NCBI GenBank assembly: GCA_965216875.1
Contig: OZ244207.1
Span: 5,632,001 to 5,696,000, forward strand
DNA from: Rubripirellula sp.
GTDB lineage: Bacteria; Planctomycetota; Planctomycetia; Pirellulales; Pirellulaceae
Length of the DNA stretch: 64,000 nucleotides
Reading direction: 5' to 3'
Shown piece after piece: positions 50,908 to 61,018 of this stretch. Positions within the stretch are counted from its first letter, which is position 1; each line of letters opens with the position of its first letter. The notes beneath the pieces are model-generated. The model searched no databases. It had not been told where the DNA came from and saw nothing but the letters and a program-made list of their open reading frames with translations. The translations under genes and the position numbers were made by a program.

Positions 50908-51115
50908 AGTGCTGCGGATTGCAATTGCGCTTCCACCAGCAGAAATCCGTGCCCAAGTTCACACAACGGAGCCGCGATCGCGTAAGCGGCCGGGCCTTAC
51001 TCGCCTTTACACTAGATGCGCGTCGGCAAGGGCCTGACGGCCAGCGGCTCACGGGCACCGCCCAAACTGCGCAAGAAGTTGCTCTCGTGGAACCAAGGTT
51101 GCAATCCGCAGCACT
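50908..51115. mobile_element. MITE/REPIN-like nested palindrome
   Basis: Perfect 17-bp terminal inverted repeats AGTGCTGCGGATTGCAA; inner pairs TTCCAC/GTGGAA, GTGCCC/GGGCAC, GAGCCGC/GCGGCTC. Confidence 0.6.
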
Positions 51116-51137
51116 CGAAGCCGCGGTGCAACGCGAT

Positions 51138-51884
51138 CTACAGGACTGCCGGTGCGTAGATCAACTCGCTTGGTGGCATCGCATCGGTCACATGCCATTG
51201 GCCATCGCCCGAAGAGCGTTCGATCTGGTATTCCATAATCACCTGGACCTTCGCATTACTTTCACCTGTGGGATCTTCGAAGACGAGATCGACCATCTGG
51301 AAGGTGTAGTGGGTGTAAACGCGAGGCCTGCGCTGCAGTTTCCACTCGGCGCCAGGACCACGATCACGGATTGAGTTGTTGACCGAACTGGTCACGAACT
51401 CGACCAACGAATCCTCCGCCGCTGGATTCATTTGGTAGTGAGCCTTCAAAGGCATGGTGGGCGCGAATCGGTTGACGTGATTCTTTCGCATTTCCATCGC
51501 CAATTCGTACTCACCAAGCGCGATCAGCTCGATGTAGTCGCGAGCAAACTTCTCGGCTTGGGAGCCCAAGGTTTGTTGCTTCAACGTTGGGACGGTAACT
51601 CCCAACGCACCAAACCCAAAGGCGAGCACGATCCCAACCTTGGCTGCGGTCTTCCCAACCGGCACCGCTTCACCGTGACGTCGCAGGGCAAAGAGACCGA
51701 CCAAAATGGCCACGCCCGGAATCATCACCATCGGAAACGCCAAGTAGGCGACCGGACTGAGAAGCCCGAGGATCAGGCACAGAAAGCCCGAAATCCGCAG
51801 CGGCGCGACCTCCTCCTCACCTAGGCTGTATCCCCCCTCGGCTCCCATCGAGGGAATGTATGCTTCGTTCGTTTCAGTCGACAT
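51138..51884 (-). CDS. Membrane protein (DUF4190-like N-terminus)
   Basis: Three N-terminal TM segments with 'G...A..G' pattern, then a soluble domain. Confidence 0.6.
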   Translation of the reverse strand: MSTETNEAYIPSMGAEGGYSLGEEEVAPLRISGFLCLILGLLSPVAYLAFPMVMIPGVAILVGLFALRRHGEAVPVGKTAAKVGIVLAFGFGALGVTVPTLKQQTLGSQAEKFARDYIELIALGEYELAMEMRKNHVNRFAPTMPLKAHYQMNPAAEDSLVEFVTSSVNNSIRDRGPGAEWKLQRRPRVYTHYTFQMVDLVFEDPTGESNAKVQVIMEYQIERSSGDGQWHVTDAMPPSELIYAPAVL

Positions 51885-52040
51885 ATTGCGGGGAAAAAGA
51901 CGTATCGGCGGGTAGAAAATGGAGAGACAACTGGGGTCTACGCACCCAACGGGCACTTGGTTTGCGCAAAAAGGCGCCAGGGTCCATTTTTGATGATTGG
52001 ATGCGTGATTGTATGCACAAGGCACGCCCCGACCGTTTTC

Positions 52041-52154
52041 GGTGCGTGCAAGCACACCCTACGAGCTCGTGCTCAGCATTGCGGTACTCGTACTCTTATC
52101 GATCCGGCGTTTCACACACCCTGCATTTTGGTGCGTGCAAGCACACACCCTACG
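52041..52154. repeat. Two GTAG-type REP-like copies
   Basis: GGTGCGTGCAAGCACACCCTACG at 52041-52063 and a near-identical copy at 52130-52154. Confidence 0.65.
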
Positions 52155-52165
52155 AAACTTCGATT

Positions 52166-53362
52166 TTAGGCGGCTCGTCGCAGGGGGGCCGGGGATTGGG
52201 CCAGCTCGGGCCGATCACAAAGCCAGGCGGCGGTTCGCTGTGAGGCACCGGGGCGGGCGTATTTCCAACGCAGCTGGTCAAGCTGATCGAGCGTCTGACG
52301 GTAGTAGTATTCGTCGCCAAGAAACGCATCGACGGTCTCGGTCAAGAAGTCGACCGCTGGCTCGGTTCGTCCCACCGAAACGAACTCGGGAAAGACTTTT
52401 CGCCCCGCCATCAAATTGGGAAGGGTGATGCTATCGAGCTTCACCACCATCCGACCGACCGTGTGCAGGAAACGACCGATGCGGTAGACGACAGCCGCAG
52501 GTGTTCGCCGCGCCGTCAGCTCCAAACTAACACTTCCACTCACCATCATCGCACAGTGTGCCGCCTCGATCACTTCACTGGTTCGCCCAACGAAAAACTC
52601 GATGGGCAACTCTGCGTCGCTGTCGTTCATTTGATCACGGCACCAAAGACATTGAGCATCTTTGTAGGACGCGACCACAAACCTTGCGTTGGGGTGTCGA
52701 ACATGCAAGCGGCGAATCGATTCAATCATCAACGGCCAATTGCGGTGCACTTCGTGAGTGCGTGATCCAGGCAAGACGGCAACGATCGGTGCATCGTCGC
52801 TCTCTTCGGTCACAAGTCGATCCATGACGCGATGATCGAGTTCGGTCTCCGAAACCGCATCGAAAAAGGGATGGCCGACGTAAGTGTTCGCAACGTTGTG
52901 TTGCGTGTAGTACTTCTCTTCGATTGGCAAGACATCCAGCACGTGATCGACGTACCGCCGGACTTTTCGAATCCGCCAACCTGCCCACGCCCAAAGCTGA
53001 GGGGGGCAATAGTAATAGACCGGAATCCCATACTTCTTGGCGCGTTTGGCGATGTGCCAGTTGAATCCTGGAAAGTCAACGAGCATCACGGCATCCACTT
53101 GACCGTCGCGAAACGCCTCTTCGGCTTGGTCCGCAAAGCGAAAGAAGTCGCGTAGCTTCGGAAGGACTTCGAGTAGACCGACCACAGCATGATTGGTCAG
53201 ATCCAAGTCGAGTCGACAACCAGCCGCCTTCATTTCAGGACCACCGAAACCGCGTACCTGTAGCGACGGATTGAGCGATCGGATTTCGCGAATCAATCGC
53301 GAAGCATGCTGATCGCCGCTCGGTTCGCCAACGGAAAAGAAAACGGTTTTGGGAGTGGTCAT
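52166..53362 (-). CDS. lpxB: Lipid-A-disaccharide synthase
   Basis: 'GEPSGDQH', 'DFPGFN', 'PQLWAW', 'VGHPF', 'LPGSR', 'LPNL'. Confidence 0.93.
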   Translation of the reverse strand: MTTPKTVFFSVGEPSGDQHASRLIREIRSLNPSLQVRGFGGPEMKAAGCRLDLDLTNHAVVGLLEVLPKLRDFFRFADQAEEAFRDGQVDAVMLVDFPGFNWHIAKRAKKYGIPVYYYCPPQLWAWAGWRIRKVRRYVDHVLDVLPIEEKYYTQHNVANTYVGHPFFDAVSETELDHRVMDRLVTEESDDAPIVAVLPGSRTHEVHRNWPLMIESIRRLHVRHPNARFVVASYKDAQCLWCRDQMNDSDAELPIEFFVGRTSEVIEAAHCAMMVSGSVSLELTARRTPAAVVYRIGRFLHTVGRMVVKLDSITLPNLMAGRKVFPEFVSVGRTEPAVDFLTETVDAFLGDEYYYRQTLDQLDQLRWKYARPGASQRTAAWLCDRPELAQSPAPLRRAA

Positions 53363-53462
53363 CAAAAGGTCGCGTGGGCCAAGGGATGGCACGAAAGGGG
53401 AATGTGTTAAATAGGAAAGATGGAAAACGGGGTCAACGCTGGTTTGCCGTTGATAGCAATGG

Positions 53463-53585
53463 CAGGCTTCAGGCTTCAGGCTTCAGGCTTCAGGCTTCAG
53501 GCTTCAGGCTTCAGGCTTCAGGCTTCAGGCTTCAGGCTTCAGACGATGGACTCTCCTGAAGCCTGAAGCCTCACTCCTGAAGCCT
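53463..53585. repeat. Heptamer tandem repeat (CAGGCTT)x11 plus inverted copies
   Basis: 11 perfect units 53463-53539; reverse-complement units at 53555-53571 and 53576-53585. Confidence 0.95.
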
Positions 53586-53588
53586 CAC

Positions 53589-53636
53589 AAAAAAAAACGA
53601 CCCGATAAGGATTATTCATCCCCATCGGGTCGTTTT
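53589..53636 (-). terminator. Intrinsic terminator of the Cys-rich gene
   Basis: AAAACGACCCGAT/ATCGGGTCGTTTT stem; 9-nt U-tract on the minus strand. Confidence 0.8.
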
Positions 53637-53679
53637 GGGTCACGCCTGAGAAGCGTCAGTGCGTTCGTTTGCTAAAGGT

Positions 53680-54576
53680 TTAGCGAACGAAGACAGCACT
53701 GGCTTGAATGACGCGACGCTTGGTGTTCAAGCTAGCACTTGGGTCAACGACGGGTGCTGGTGGAACGGGAGCAGCTTCCATTGCTGGAGCAGCTGCTGCA
53801 GGTGCAGGAGCCGAGCATCCGCAAGAAGGCTCGCATCCGCATGCTGGTTCTTCGCAACCGCAAGCTGGCTCGCAGCAGCTGTCACATCCGCTGTCGCAGC
53901 AGCTCTTTTTGCAGCCACCGAAGAGCTTCGACAGCAGACCGCCGCAGCTCTTCTTAGGTGCACAGCAGCTGTCGCACGATGCTTCGCAACCGCAAGCTGG
54001 CTCTTCGCATCCGCAAGCTGGTTCGCAGCAAGCCGATTCGCAACCGCAAGCTGGCTCGCAAGCCGACTCACAACCACAAGCTGGCTCTTCGCAACCGCAA
54101 GCTGGCTCGCAGCAGCTGTCGCAACCGCTATCGCAGCAGGCGCTCTTCTTGCACGAGAACAGCTTCGACAGCAGACCGCCGCAGCTCTTCTTAGGTGCAC
54201 AGCAGCTGTCGCACGATGCTTCGCAACCGCAAGCTGGCTCGCATGCCGACTCGCAGCCACAGGCTGGTTCGCAAGCCGATTCGCAACCGCAAGCTGGCTC
54301 GCAAGCCGACTCACAACCGCAGGCTGGCTCGCAAGCCGATTCGCAACCACAAGCTGGTTCGCAAGCCGATTCGCATCCGCAAGCTGGCTCGCAAGCCGAC
54401 TCACATCCGCAGGCTGGTTCGCAGCACGAAGGTGCATCACATCCCGAGTCGCAGCAGCTGCTTGCGCTGCCGCATCCCTTGATACCGAGCATTCGATCCA
54501 AGAGATCAAAACCAAAGGTTTGGCTGCAGATGCTACAGCTCAGAACCATGGCCAAAGTCATAATTGTCCGCTTCAT
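53680..54576 (-). CDS. Secreted cysteine-rich repeat protein (CEPACGCESA repeats)
   Basis: AAGGGAG RBS, signal peptide, 10-aa repeats, duplicated 'CDSCCAPKKSCGGLLSKLF' block, Pro/Ala tail. Confidence 0.85.
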   Translation of the reverse strand: MKRTIMTLAMVLSCSICSQTFGFDLLDRMLGIKGCGSASSCCDSGCDAPSCCEPACGCESACEPACGCESACEPACGCESACEPACGCESACEPACGCESACEPACGCESACEPACGCEASCDSCCAPKKSCGGLLSKLFSCKKSACCDSGCDSCCEPACGCEEPACGCESACEPACGCESACCEPACGCEEPACGCEASCDSCCAPKKSCGGLLSKLFGGCKKSCCDSGCDSCCEPACGCEEPACGCEPSCGCSAPAPAAAAPAMEAAPVPPAPVVDPSASLNTKRRVIQASAVFVR

Positions 54577-55250
54577 TGGAGCCACGTCTCCCTTTTCGCA
54601 ATTTCGCGGTGTGTAATCGCGGTGTTCCGTTTCCTTGCCCAGCGGCGTCCCCATTGGTTTGGGGAAGTCATCCAGGTGCGGTCGTCGGACGAAGTCGCCG
54701 ACGATCACACCTCGACATCCGCAACGAACTCCTACGAACCGGGTGCGGACACCCGGCCCGCCGACTTCGTTCAGTTCGTCGCCCCCTTCATTGGCTGCTC
54801 ATCACAGGCCGGGGAACGCGACGCGAGGATTGGTTTGGAACACCAACGAGACTCGGACATCCAATGTCAGAGCCTCTGGGTCCATCATTCGGTGAAACCA
54901 CGCTGCAACGAGCAACTGGGTCCATTTCCGAGCGATTCTGTATCCGTATCGACCCGCAAAGCCTGTGCGATCAATGTTCCGGCTAATTTTCGGCCTCTTG
55001 GAAAGGTTTGACGGCTGGGGAATATTCGCCGGTTTTGCGGGCCAATCGTGATTGACCGGTTGTGAGCGTGGCACATCCCCATCGATCCGTATAAACTGCA
55101 CAACCTGGTCGGAGGCGGGCGAATCTGCCCCCCCAGAAAACGATGCCGCCGTACCTATTATCCCTGGGGATCGCGGTTTCCATCGGCAACTGGTCCTGCG
55201 CGTTCGATACCGCGTCCACCCCCATCGCAACCACCGCTGGTAGACCCCAC

Positions 55251-55290
55251 CCCCCAACGTCGGCCCCCCAACATCGGCCCCCAACATCGG
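55251..55290. repeat. Three 13-14 bp direct repeats
   Basis: CCCCCAACRTCGG x3 just upstream of the cupin gene. Confidence 0.7.
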
Positions 55291-55309
55291 TTCGAGCAAT
55301 CACGAGGCT

Positions 55310-55753
55310 ATGTCACAAACGGAACCAGCCAGCTGCCGCGATGCCCAATGCTCTGAAAGCAATGGCGACGTTCCGCAACAAGACACAAGCAATCCTCAAG
55401 CGGTTGCCAGCAACGCGGCGGTGATCGATTTGACCAGCCTTCCGGCGGTGGCTTGTCCCTGCGGGACGGCCCGTCGAGCCCTGGCTGACCGAGACGAATT
55501 CCCCGGCACGGTCCACCTGACTCGCATCGAGAAAGACGCTCGCACGCACTACCATAAGGACCATACCGAGGTCTACGTTGTGCTCAGCTGCGAGCCGGAC
55601 GCTACGATCGAGCTCGATGGCCAAGCTCAACCGGTTCAGCCAAAGACCGCAATCTTGATTCCTCCAGGTGTTCGACACCGAGCCTGTGGCGAGATGGAGG
55701 TGTTGATTCTGTGTACTCCGAACTTCGACCCAGCAGACGAACATTTTGACTGA
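55310..55753 (+). CDS. Cupin domain protein
   Basis: 'HYHKDHTEVY', 'IPPGVRH'. Confidence 0.85.
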   Translation: MSQTEPASCRDAQCSESNGDVPQQDTSNPQAVASNAAVIDLTSLPAVACPCGTARRALADRDEFPGTVHLTRIEKDARTHYHKDHTEVYVVLSCEPDATIELDGQAQPVQPKTAILIPPGVRHRACGEMEVLILCTPNFDPADEHFD

Positions 55754-55853
55754 GGCAAGTTGCCTCAGTGACGTACCGCCCAAGAGGTGGTTTCTTAAGA
55801 CTCAGCTTTCACGACGAACCTCATTGCCTCCATTTTCTTGTACGAGATTTCCG

Positions 55854-58103
55854 ATGCCTGTTCAAACTTCTCGTCTGATCCGTCGCTTCTGTGCCGGCGC
55901 CATCGCCATGATGGTGGCCTCCACGACGCTGGCGACGTACGCGGGTGATTGGCCCTATTGGCGCGGCCCCAACTTCAACGGTACGGCCGAAGCGACCGGC
56001 TTGCCCGATAACTGGGATCCCAAGGGCGGCGAAGGAAGCAACCTGCTCTGGAAACGCGATGACATCGGTGGTCCCTGCACACCGATCGTGATGGACGGCC
56101 GCCTGTACACCATCCAACGCTCCGATCCAGGTACACCTCGCGAGGGCGAACGTGTGGTTTGTTTGGATGCCAAGACCGGCGATACCCTTTGGGAGAATCG
56201 CTACAACGTTTGGCTCTCTGATGTTCCAGCCGAACGCGTCGGTTGGAGCAGTGTCGTTGGTGACCCCGAGACGGGCAACGTCTACGTCTTGGGCGCATGC
56301 GACATCTTCCAATGCATCGATGGCAAAACCGGACAGACTCTTTGGAAGATTCCACTTCATGAACAATTCGGGATGCTCAGCACCTATGGTGGGCGGACCA
56401 ACTTCCCGATCGTTCACGAAGATCTGGTGATCATCAGTGGCATCATCATCAACTGGGGCGATCGCGCGAAACCCAACCATCGCTTGATTGCGATGGACAA
56501 GCGAACCGGCAAAGTCATTTGGTTCAACGGCACCACAGACTTGCCCTTCGACACGACCTACTCGGCGCCGAGCTTGGTTACGATCGACGGCCAACGTCAA
56601 TTGATCATGGGTGCTGGCGACGGAAAGGTTTGGGGCTTTCAGCCACGAACCGGCAAGCCGCTTTGGAGCTACTCGCTTTCGCGACGTGGCATCTTCGCGA
56701 CGCCACTTGTGGTTGGCAATCAAGTCTTCGCAAGTCACAGCGAAGAAAACGTCGGCGACTTTAATAACGTTATGGGCGCCGTCGCTGGCTTAAAGATCTC
56801 GGGCACCGGCGAAGACACCCAGATGGAAGAACTTTGGAAGCAGATGGAAGTGGTTGTTGGCTACAGCGAACCCGTCCTTGTGGATGATCGCCTGTACGTC
56901 GTCGATGACCGCTGCAAGATGTGGATCTTCGATGCCAAGACGGGCGAACCGATCATCGAACGCAAAGCCTTTGCTGGCAGTCGTCAGCGATCCGCATTGC
57001 TGTACGCCGACGGCAAGATCTACGTCACCACCGAGAACGGGCGTTGGGCGATCGTCAAACCGACGCAAGACGGATTCGAAGTTTTGAGCAAAGGTCGCAT
57101 CTCGCGAACCGGTTTTGGTGGCTCGCCAATCGTCGCCGACGGACGTCTTTACTTCCCAAGCACGACCGCGCTCTATTGCGTTGGCAACGAATCGGCGACA
57201 CAAACGTCCGTCGATATCACCAAAGCGATGGGCGAAGAAACGCCGGTTGGTGACAACCCCGCGATCGCTCAAGTTCAAATCACACCAGGCGAACAATTGC
57301 TCAAACCGGGCGAATCCGTTGAGCTATCGATCAACGTGTTCAACGCCCTTGGCCAAAAGCTTGAAACACCCTCCGACGTGACCTTTGCGGTTTCGGGACC
57401 GGGTGCAATCGAAGGAAACACGTTCACCGCTTCGGCGGACGCCGCACACACCGCCGCCACCATCACTGCGAGCGTTGGCGAGGTCAGCGGTTCGACACGC
57501 GTGCGAATCGTTCCACCGCTGCCTTGGAAATTCACCTTTGACGATCTCGACGACGCGCCACTGTCTTGGGTGGGTGCCCGTTATCGACACGTGATCCGCC
57601 CAAAAGATGGGTCCAATGTTCTGACCAAAGTGAACACGATCCCCAAGGGTGCTCGTAGTCGCGCATGGATGGGACACAGCGATCTTTCGGAATACACGAT
57701 TGCCGCCGACGTTAGCGGCTCACGAATGAGCGACCAACTTCCCGACATCGGGTTGACCTCACACGGTTATGTCCTCGACTTGATGGGCGAATCGCAACAG
57801 CTTCAAATCCGGACTTGGTCGGCGCAACTTCGCATGGCATCGACCGTCGAGTTCCCGTGGCAAGAAGACACTTGGTACCGAATGAAGTTCCGGGTCGACC
57901 TCGAAAGCGATCCCCCGGCGTCGGTCGCCATCTTGCGAGGCAAAGTATGGCCTCGAGACGAACCAGAACCAAAGGAATGGACCATCACCGCGCGAGACGA
58001 ATCGCCGAACCTCAATGCGAGCCCAGGGCTTTACGGCAACGCCAAAGTTGCTGAACTGTACTTGGACAACATCGAAGTGACCGCCAACACCGAGCTTGAG
58101 TAG
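55854..58103 (+). CDS. Secreted PQQ-like beta-propeller protein with Ig-like and lectin-like C-terminal domains
   Basis: 'DWPYWRGP', repeated 'LDAKTG..LW' blades. Confidence 0.85.
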   Translation: MPVQTSRLIRRFCAGAIAMMVASTTLATYAGDWPYWRGPNFNGTAEATGLPDNWDPKGGEGSNLLWKRDDIGGPCTPIVMDGRLYTIQRSDPGTPREGERVVCLDAKTGDTLWENRYNVWLSDVPAERVGWSSVVGDPETGNVYVLGACDIFQCIDGKTGQTLWKIPLHEQFGMLSTYGGRTNFPIVHEDLVIISGIIINWGDRAKPNHRLIAMDKRTGKVIWFNGTTDLPFDTTYSAPSLVTIDGQRQLIMGAGDGKVWGFQPRTGKPLWSYSLSRRGIFATPLVVGNQVFASHSEENVGDFNNVMGAVAGLKISGTGEDTQMEELWKQMEVVVGYSEPVLVDDRLYVVDDRCKMWIFDAKTGEPIIERKAFAGSRQRSALLYADGKIYVTTENGRWAIVKPTQDGFEVLSKGRISRTGFGGSPIVADGRLYFPSTTALYCVGNESATQTSVDITKAMGEETPVGDNPAIAQVQITPGEQLLKPGESVELSINVFNALGQKLETPSDVTFAVSGPGAIEGNTFTASADAAHTAATITASVGEVSGSTRVRIVPPLPWKFTFDDLDDAPLSWVGARYRHVIRPKDGSNVLTKVNTIPKGARSRAWMGHSDLSEYTIAADVSGSRMSDQLPDIGLTSHGYVLDLMGESQQLQIRTWSAQLRMASTVEFPWQEDTWYRMKFRVDLESDPPASVAILRGKVWPRDEPEPKEWTITARDESPNLNASPGLYGNAKVAELYLDNIEVTANTELE

Positions 58104-58229
58104 GTCACAGCTGAATGGATTGGCATTGCGGCAACATACGACCGCCCTGCCCTGCCCCATGCGAGCCAGTCTCTGGCTCTGCATTCACCGAACAACTACA
58201 CCTCCTTTACTAGTACCTTCACAACAGCC

Positions 58230-60404
58230 ATGCGCAAGAACGAACTTTCCGCCTGGAGCCTGATGTTCGCTGCCACCGTCATGGGCAGCATCACGTCGAT
58301 CGCCCTCAGTGGTTGTAAGCCTCCGACCGAAACGAACGTTGACATTTCGACCGACGCTCTTGCCGAATCGAGCAACCAAACTGCGGTCAGCAGCAACGTC
58401 TCGACATCGGTTCCCACACCAGGCAGCAACCTCACAACGGCTGTACGCACACCGATCGAGACTCCGCTCGGCGGCGAACTCGCGCCAAGCTCGAAACCTT
58501 CCGAGCAAACATTGGTCGCAGAGTATGCGGATGTCGAAGAAGTCCAGACCTCTGGTGGCGACTGGCCTCAATGGGGCGGCACACGTGAAAAGAACAACGT
58601 GCCTGGCGCTAAGAACCTGCCACTCGAATGGAACATCGGCCGCTTTGATCGCAAGACTGGCGCGTGGGACAGCTCCAAAGCACTCAACATCCGCTGGTTC
58701 GCACCACTTGGCAGCCAAACCTACGGCAACCCCGTTGTCGCCGGCAAGCAGGTTTACGTGGGCACCAACAACGGTGCCGGACACCTCAAACGTTACCCAT
58801 CGAAAGTCGACCTCGGTTGCCTCTTGGCGTTTAGCGAAACCGACGGAACTTTCCTTTGGCAACACAGCAGCGAAAAGCTGATCACCGGCCGTGTTCACGA
58901 TTGGCCCCTGCAAGGCATCTGCTGTGCACCGCTTGTCGAAGGCGAACGGCTCTGGTTTGTCACCAGCCGCGGCGAGGTCCGCTGCTTGGACACCAAGGGC
59001 TTTCACGATGGCGAAGATGATGGCCCCGTGACCAACGAACCCGCAAAAGTTGCGGCGATCATGAACGCTGGCCCAACCGCCGAAGTTCACGCCAACGCTC
59101 TTTCCGCACTCTCCGAAGGTGTGCTGATCGATGAAGTCAAAGAGATCCTTGCTAAAGCGGGCGAGCCTGTCGAAGGTGACGTCAAAATTGAAACCGTCAC
59201 CGAAGGAAGTGCCTGGAAAGCAACGGGCAACTTCAACGGTGTCGACCGAACACTTTCAGTCAAACAACTTGGCCCTCGCTTGACCTTCTTCAAGGCACTG
59301 GGCGTTGACGACAAACGGGATGCGGATGTGATCTGGGTCTTTGACATGATGAAGACCCTTGGCATTAGCCAACACAACATGTGCTCGTGCAGCGTCACCA
59401 GCCTCGGTGACTTGTTGTTCGTCAACACGAGCAACGGATTGGATGAGTCGCACATCAACCTACCGGCCCCAAGTGCACCGACTTTCATTTGCATGGACAA
59501 GAACTCGGGCGAAGTCCTTTGGACGGACGCCTCACCCGGCGAAAACATCTTGCACGGACAATGGTCGAGCCCATCGATCTCGATCTTCGATGGCGTGCCT
59601 CAAGTTCTTTTCGCGGGCGGCGACGGGATCCTTTACAGCTTCAAAGCGGATCGCGGAAAAGATGGCAAACCCGAACTGCTTTGGAAATTTGACTGTAACC
59701 CCAAACAATCGAAGTGGATCCTTGGTGGCGAAGGCACACGCAACAACTTGATCGCAACACCCGTTGCCTACGACGGATTGGTCTACATCGCTGTTGGCCA
59801 AGACCCCGAGCACGGCGAAGGTGAAGGACACCTGTGGTGCATCGACCCAACCAAGCGCGGCGACATCTCACCACAACTGGCGATGAAGATTGAAGGCGAT
59901 GTTCGCAAACCCATCGATCACAAGCGGATCCAAGCGGTCGAACCAGAAAAGGGAGAAATTGAAGTCGACAACCCGAACTCCGGCGTTGTTTGGCACTATT
60001 CCATGGCCGACAGCAATGAAGATGGAACCATCGACTTCGAAGAAGAGATGCACCGCAGCTGTGGCACGGTCGCGATCAAAGACAACGTCCTTTACATCGC
60101 AGACTTTTCCGGATTGGTTCACTGCCTTGATGCCAAGGGAACCAAGGACGGCAAGCCCATCGTTCACTTCACCTATGACATGCTGGCTCAAAGCTGGGGA
60201 AGCCCCCTGATCGCCGACGGCCACGTTTTCATCGGTGACGAAGATGGCGATGTCTGCGTCTTTGAATTCGGTGCCGAGAACAACGAACCGATCGACGAGA
60301 TCAACATGGGCACGAGCGTCTACAGCACGCCCGTGGCAGCCAATGAAACGATCTTCATCAGCACCAAGGACAAACTGTTCGCGATTTCACTGACCGAAGA
60401 GTGA
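58230..60404 (+). CDS. PQQ-like beta-propeller lipoprotein
   Basis: Lipobox LSGC; 'DWPQWGG', 'WSSP', 'WGSPL', 'YSTP' blades. Confidence 0.85.
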   Translation: MRKNELSAWSLMFAATVMGSITSIALSGCKPPTETNVDISTDALAESSNQTAVSSNVSTSVPTPGSNLTTAVRTPIETPLGGELAPSSKPSEQTLVAEYADVEEVQTSGGDWPQWGGTREKNNVPGAKNLPLEWNIGRFDRKTGAWDSSKALNIRWFAPLGSQTYGNPVVAGKQVYVGTNNGAGHLKRYPSKVDLGCLLAFSETDGTFLWQHSSEKLITGRVHDWPLQGICCAPLVEGERLWFVTSRGEVRCLDTKGFHDGEDDGPVTNEPAKVAAIMNAGPTAEVHANALSALSEGVLIDEVKEILAKAGEPVEGDVKIETVTEGSAWKATGNFNGVDRTLSVKQLGPRLTFFKALGVDDKRDADVIWVFDMMKTLGISQHNMCSCSVTSLGDLLFVNTSNGLDESHINLPAPSAPTFICMDKNSGEVLWTDASPGENILHGQWSSPSISIFDGVPQVLFAGGDGILYSFKADRGKDGKPELLWKFDCNPKQSKWILGGEGTRNNLIATPVAYDGLVYIAVGQDPEHGEGEGHLWCIDPTKRGDISPQLAMKIEGDVRKPIDHKRIQAVEPEKGEIEVDNPNSGVVWHYSMADSNEDGTIDFEEEMHRSCGTVAIKDNVLYIADFSGLVHCLDAKGTKDGKPIVHFTYDMLAQSWGSPLIADGHVFIGDEDGDVCVFEFGAENNEPIDEINMGTSVYSTPVAANETIFISTKDKLFAISLTEE

Positions 60405-60430
60405 TTTGAGACCCACTCGAATGCAACGCC

Positions 60431-60525
60431 GTTCGTGTACCGCCAACAGGCGAAGACCCCGTTCGTAGTACCGCCCCTAAGGCGGAAGGGCGTGAAGATT
60501 CCGGCTAAAGCTCGGTACTACAAAC
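60431..60525. repeat. GTAG-type REP doublet (REPIN-like) with a degenerate third copy
   Basis: GTTCGTAGTACCG(60461)...CGGTACTACAAAC(60525) inverted; GTTCGTGTACCGCC at 60431. Confidence 0.65.
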
Positions 60526-60634
60526 CACGGCGGGCCTCCAGGCCCGTCTGTATATGTCGTACAGGCTTGTCAGCGGCGGGATTGGAAAGATACTGTGGTG
60601 CCTTCCCAATCCCTTCCCCATACAGCGAAATGTG

Positions 60635-61018
60635 ATGCCAAAGACAGTTCTCGACTGCGGCAACTGTGGTCCTGACTTCAATAGCATTCGACAAATGATC
60701 TCGTCGAACTTCGATGCATCGGTGATTCAGTCGCACGGTGCCGAAGACACTTTGGACATTTTGCGCAACCGCCAAGTCGACTTGGTGACGGTCAACCGCA
60801 AACTCGATCGTGACTATTCCGATGGCTTGGAAGTCATCAAAGCAATCAAGTCAGATCCCGATGTGGCCGCTGTTCCTGTGATGTTGGTGACCAACTATGA
60901 AGAGCACCAGCAGGCCGCGATGGACGTCGGTTCGGTGCGTGGGTTCGGCAAGCTTTCGATGAACGAGCCGGCAACACTCGAAGCGATCGCAACGGTCTTG
61001 GGCCAATCGGATGAGTGA
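60635..61018 (+). CDS. Stand-alone CheY-like (pseudo)receiver
   Basis: 'DGLEVIKAIK..P...VPVMLVT', 'GFGK'; expected phospho-Asp appears to be Asn. Confidence 0.75.
   Translation: MPKTVLDCGNCGPDFNSIRQMISSNFDASVIQSHGAEDTLDILRNRQVDLVTVNRKLDRDYSDGLEVIKAIKSDPDVAAVPVMLVTNYEEHQQAAMDVGSVRGFGKLSMNEPATLEAIATVLGQSDE

Noticed and set aside
53659..55011. Long alternative-frame ORFs over the Cys-rich gene
   Set aside because: Shadows of a 30-bp repeat lacking stops; only the minus-strand Cys frame has RBS, signal peptide and terminator.
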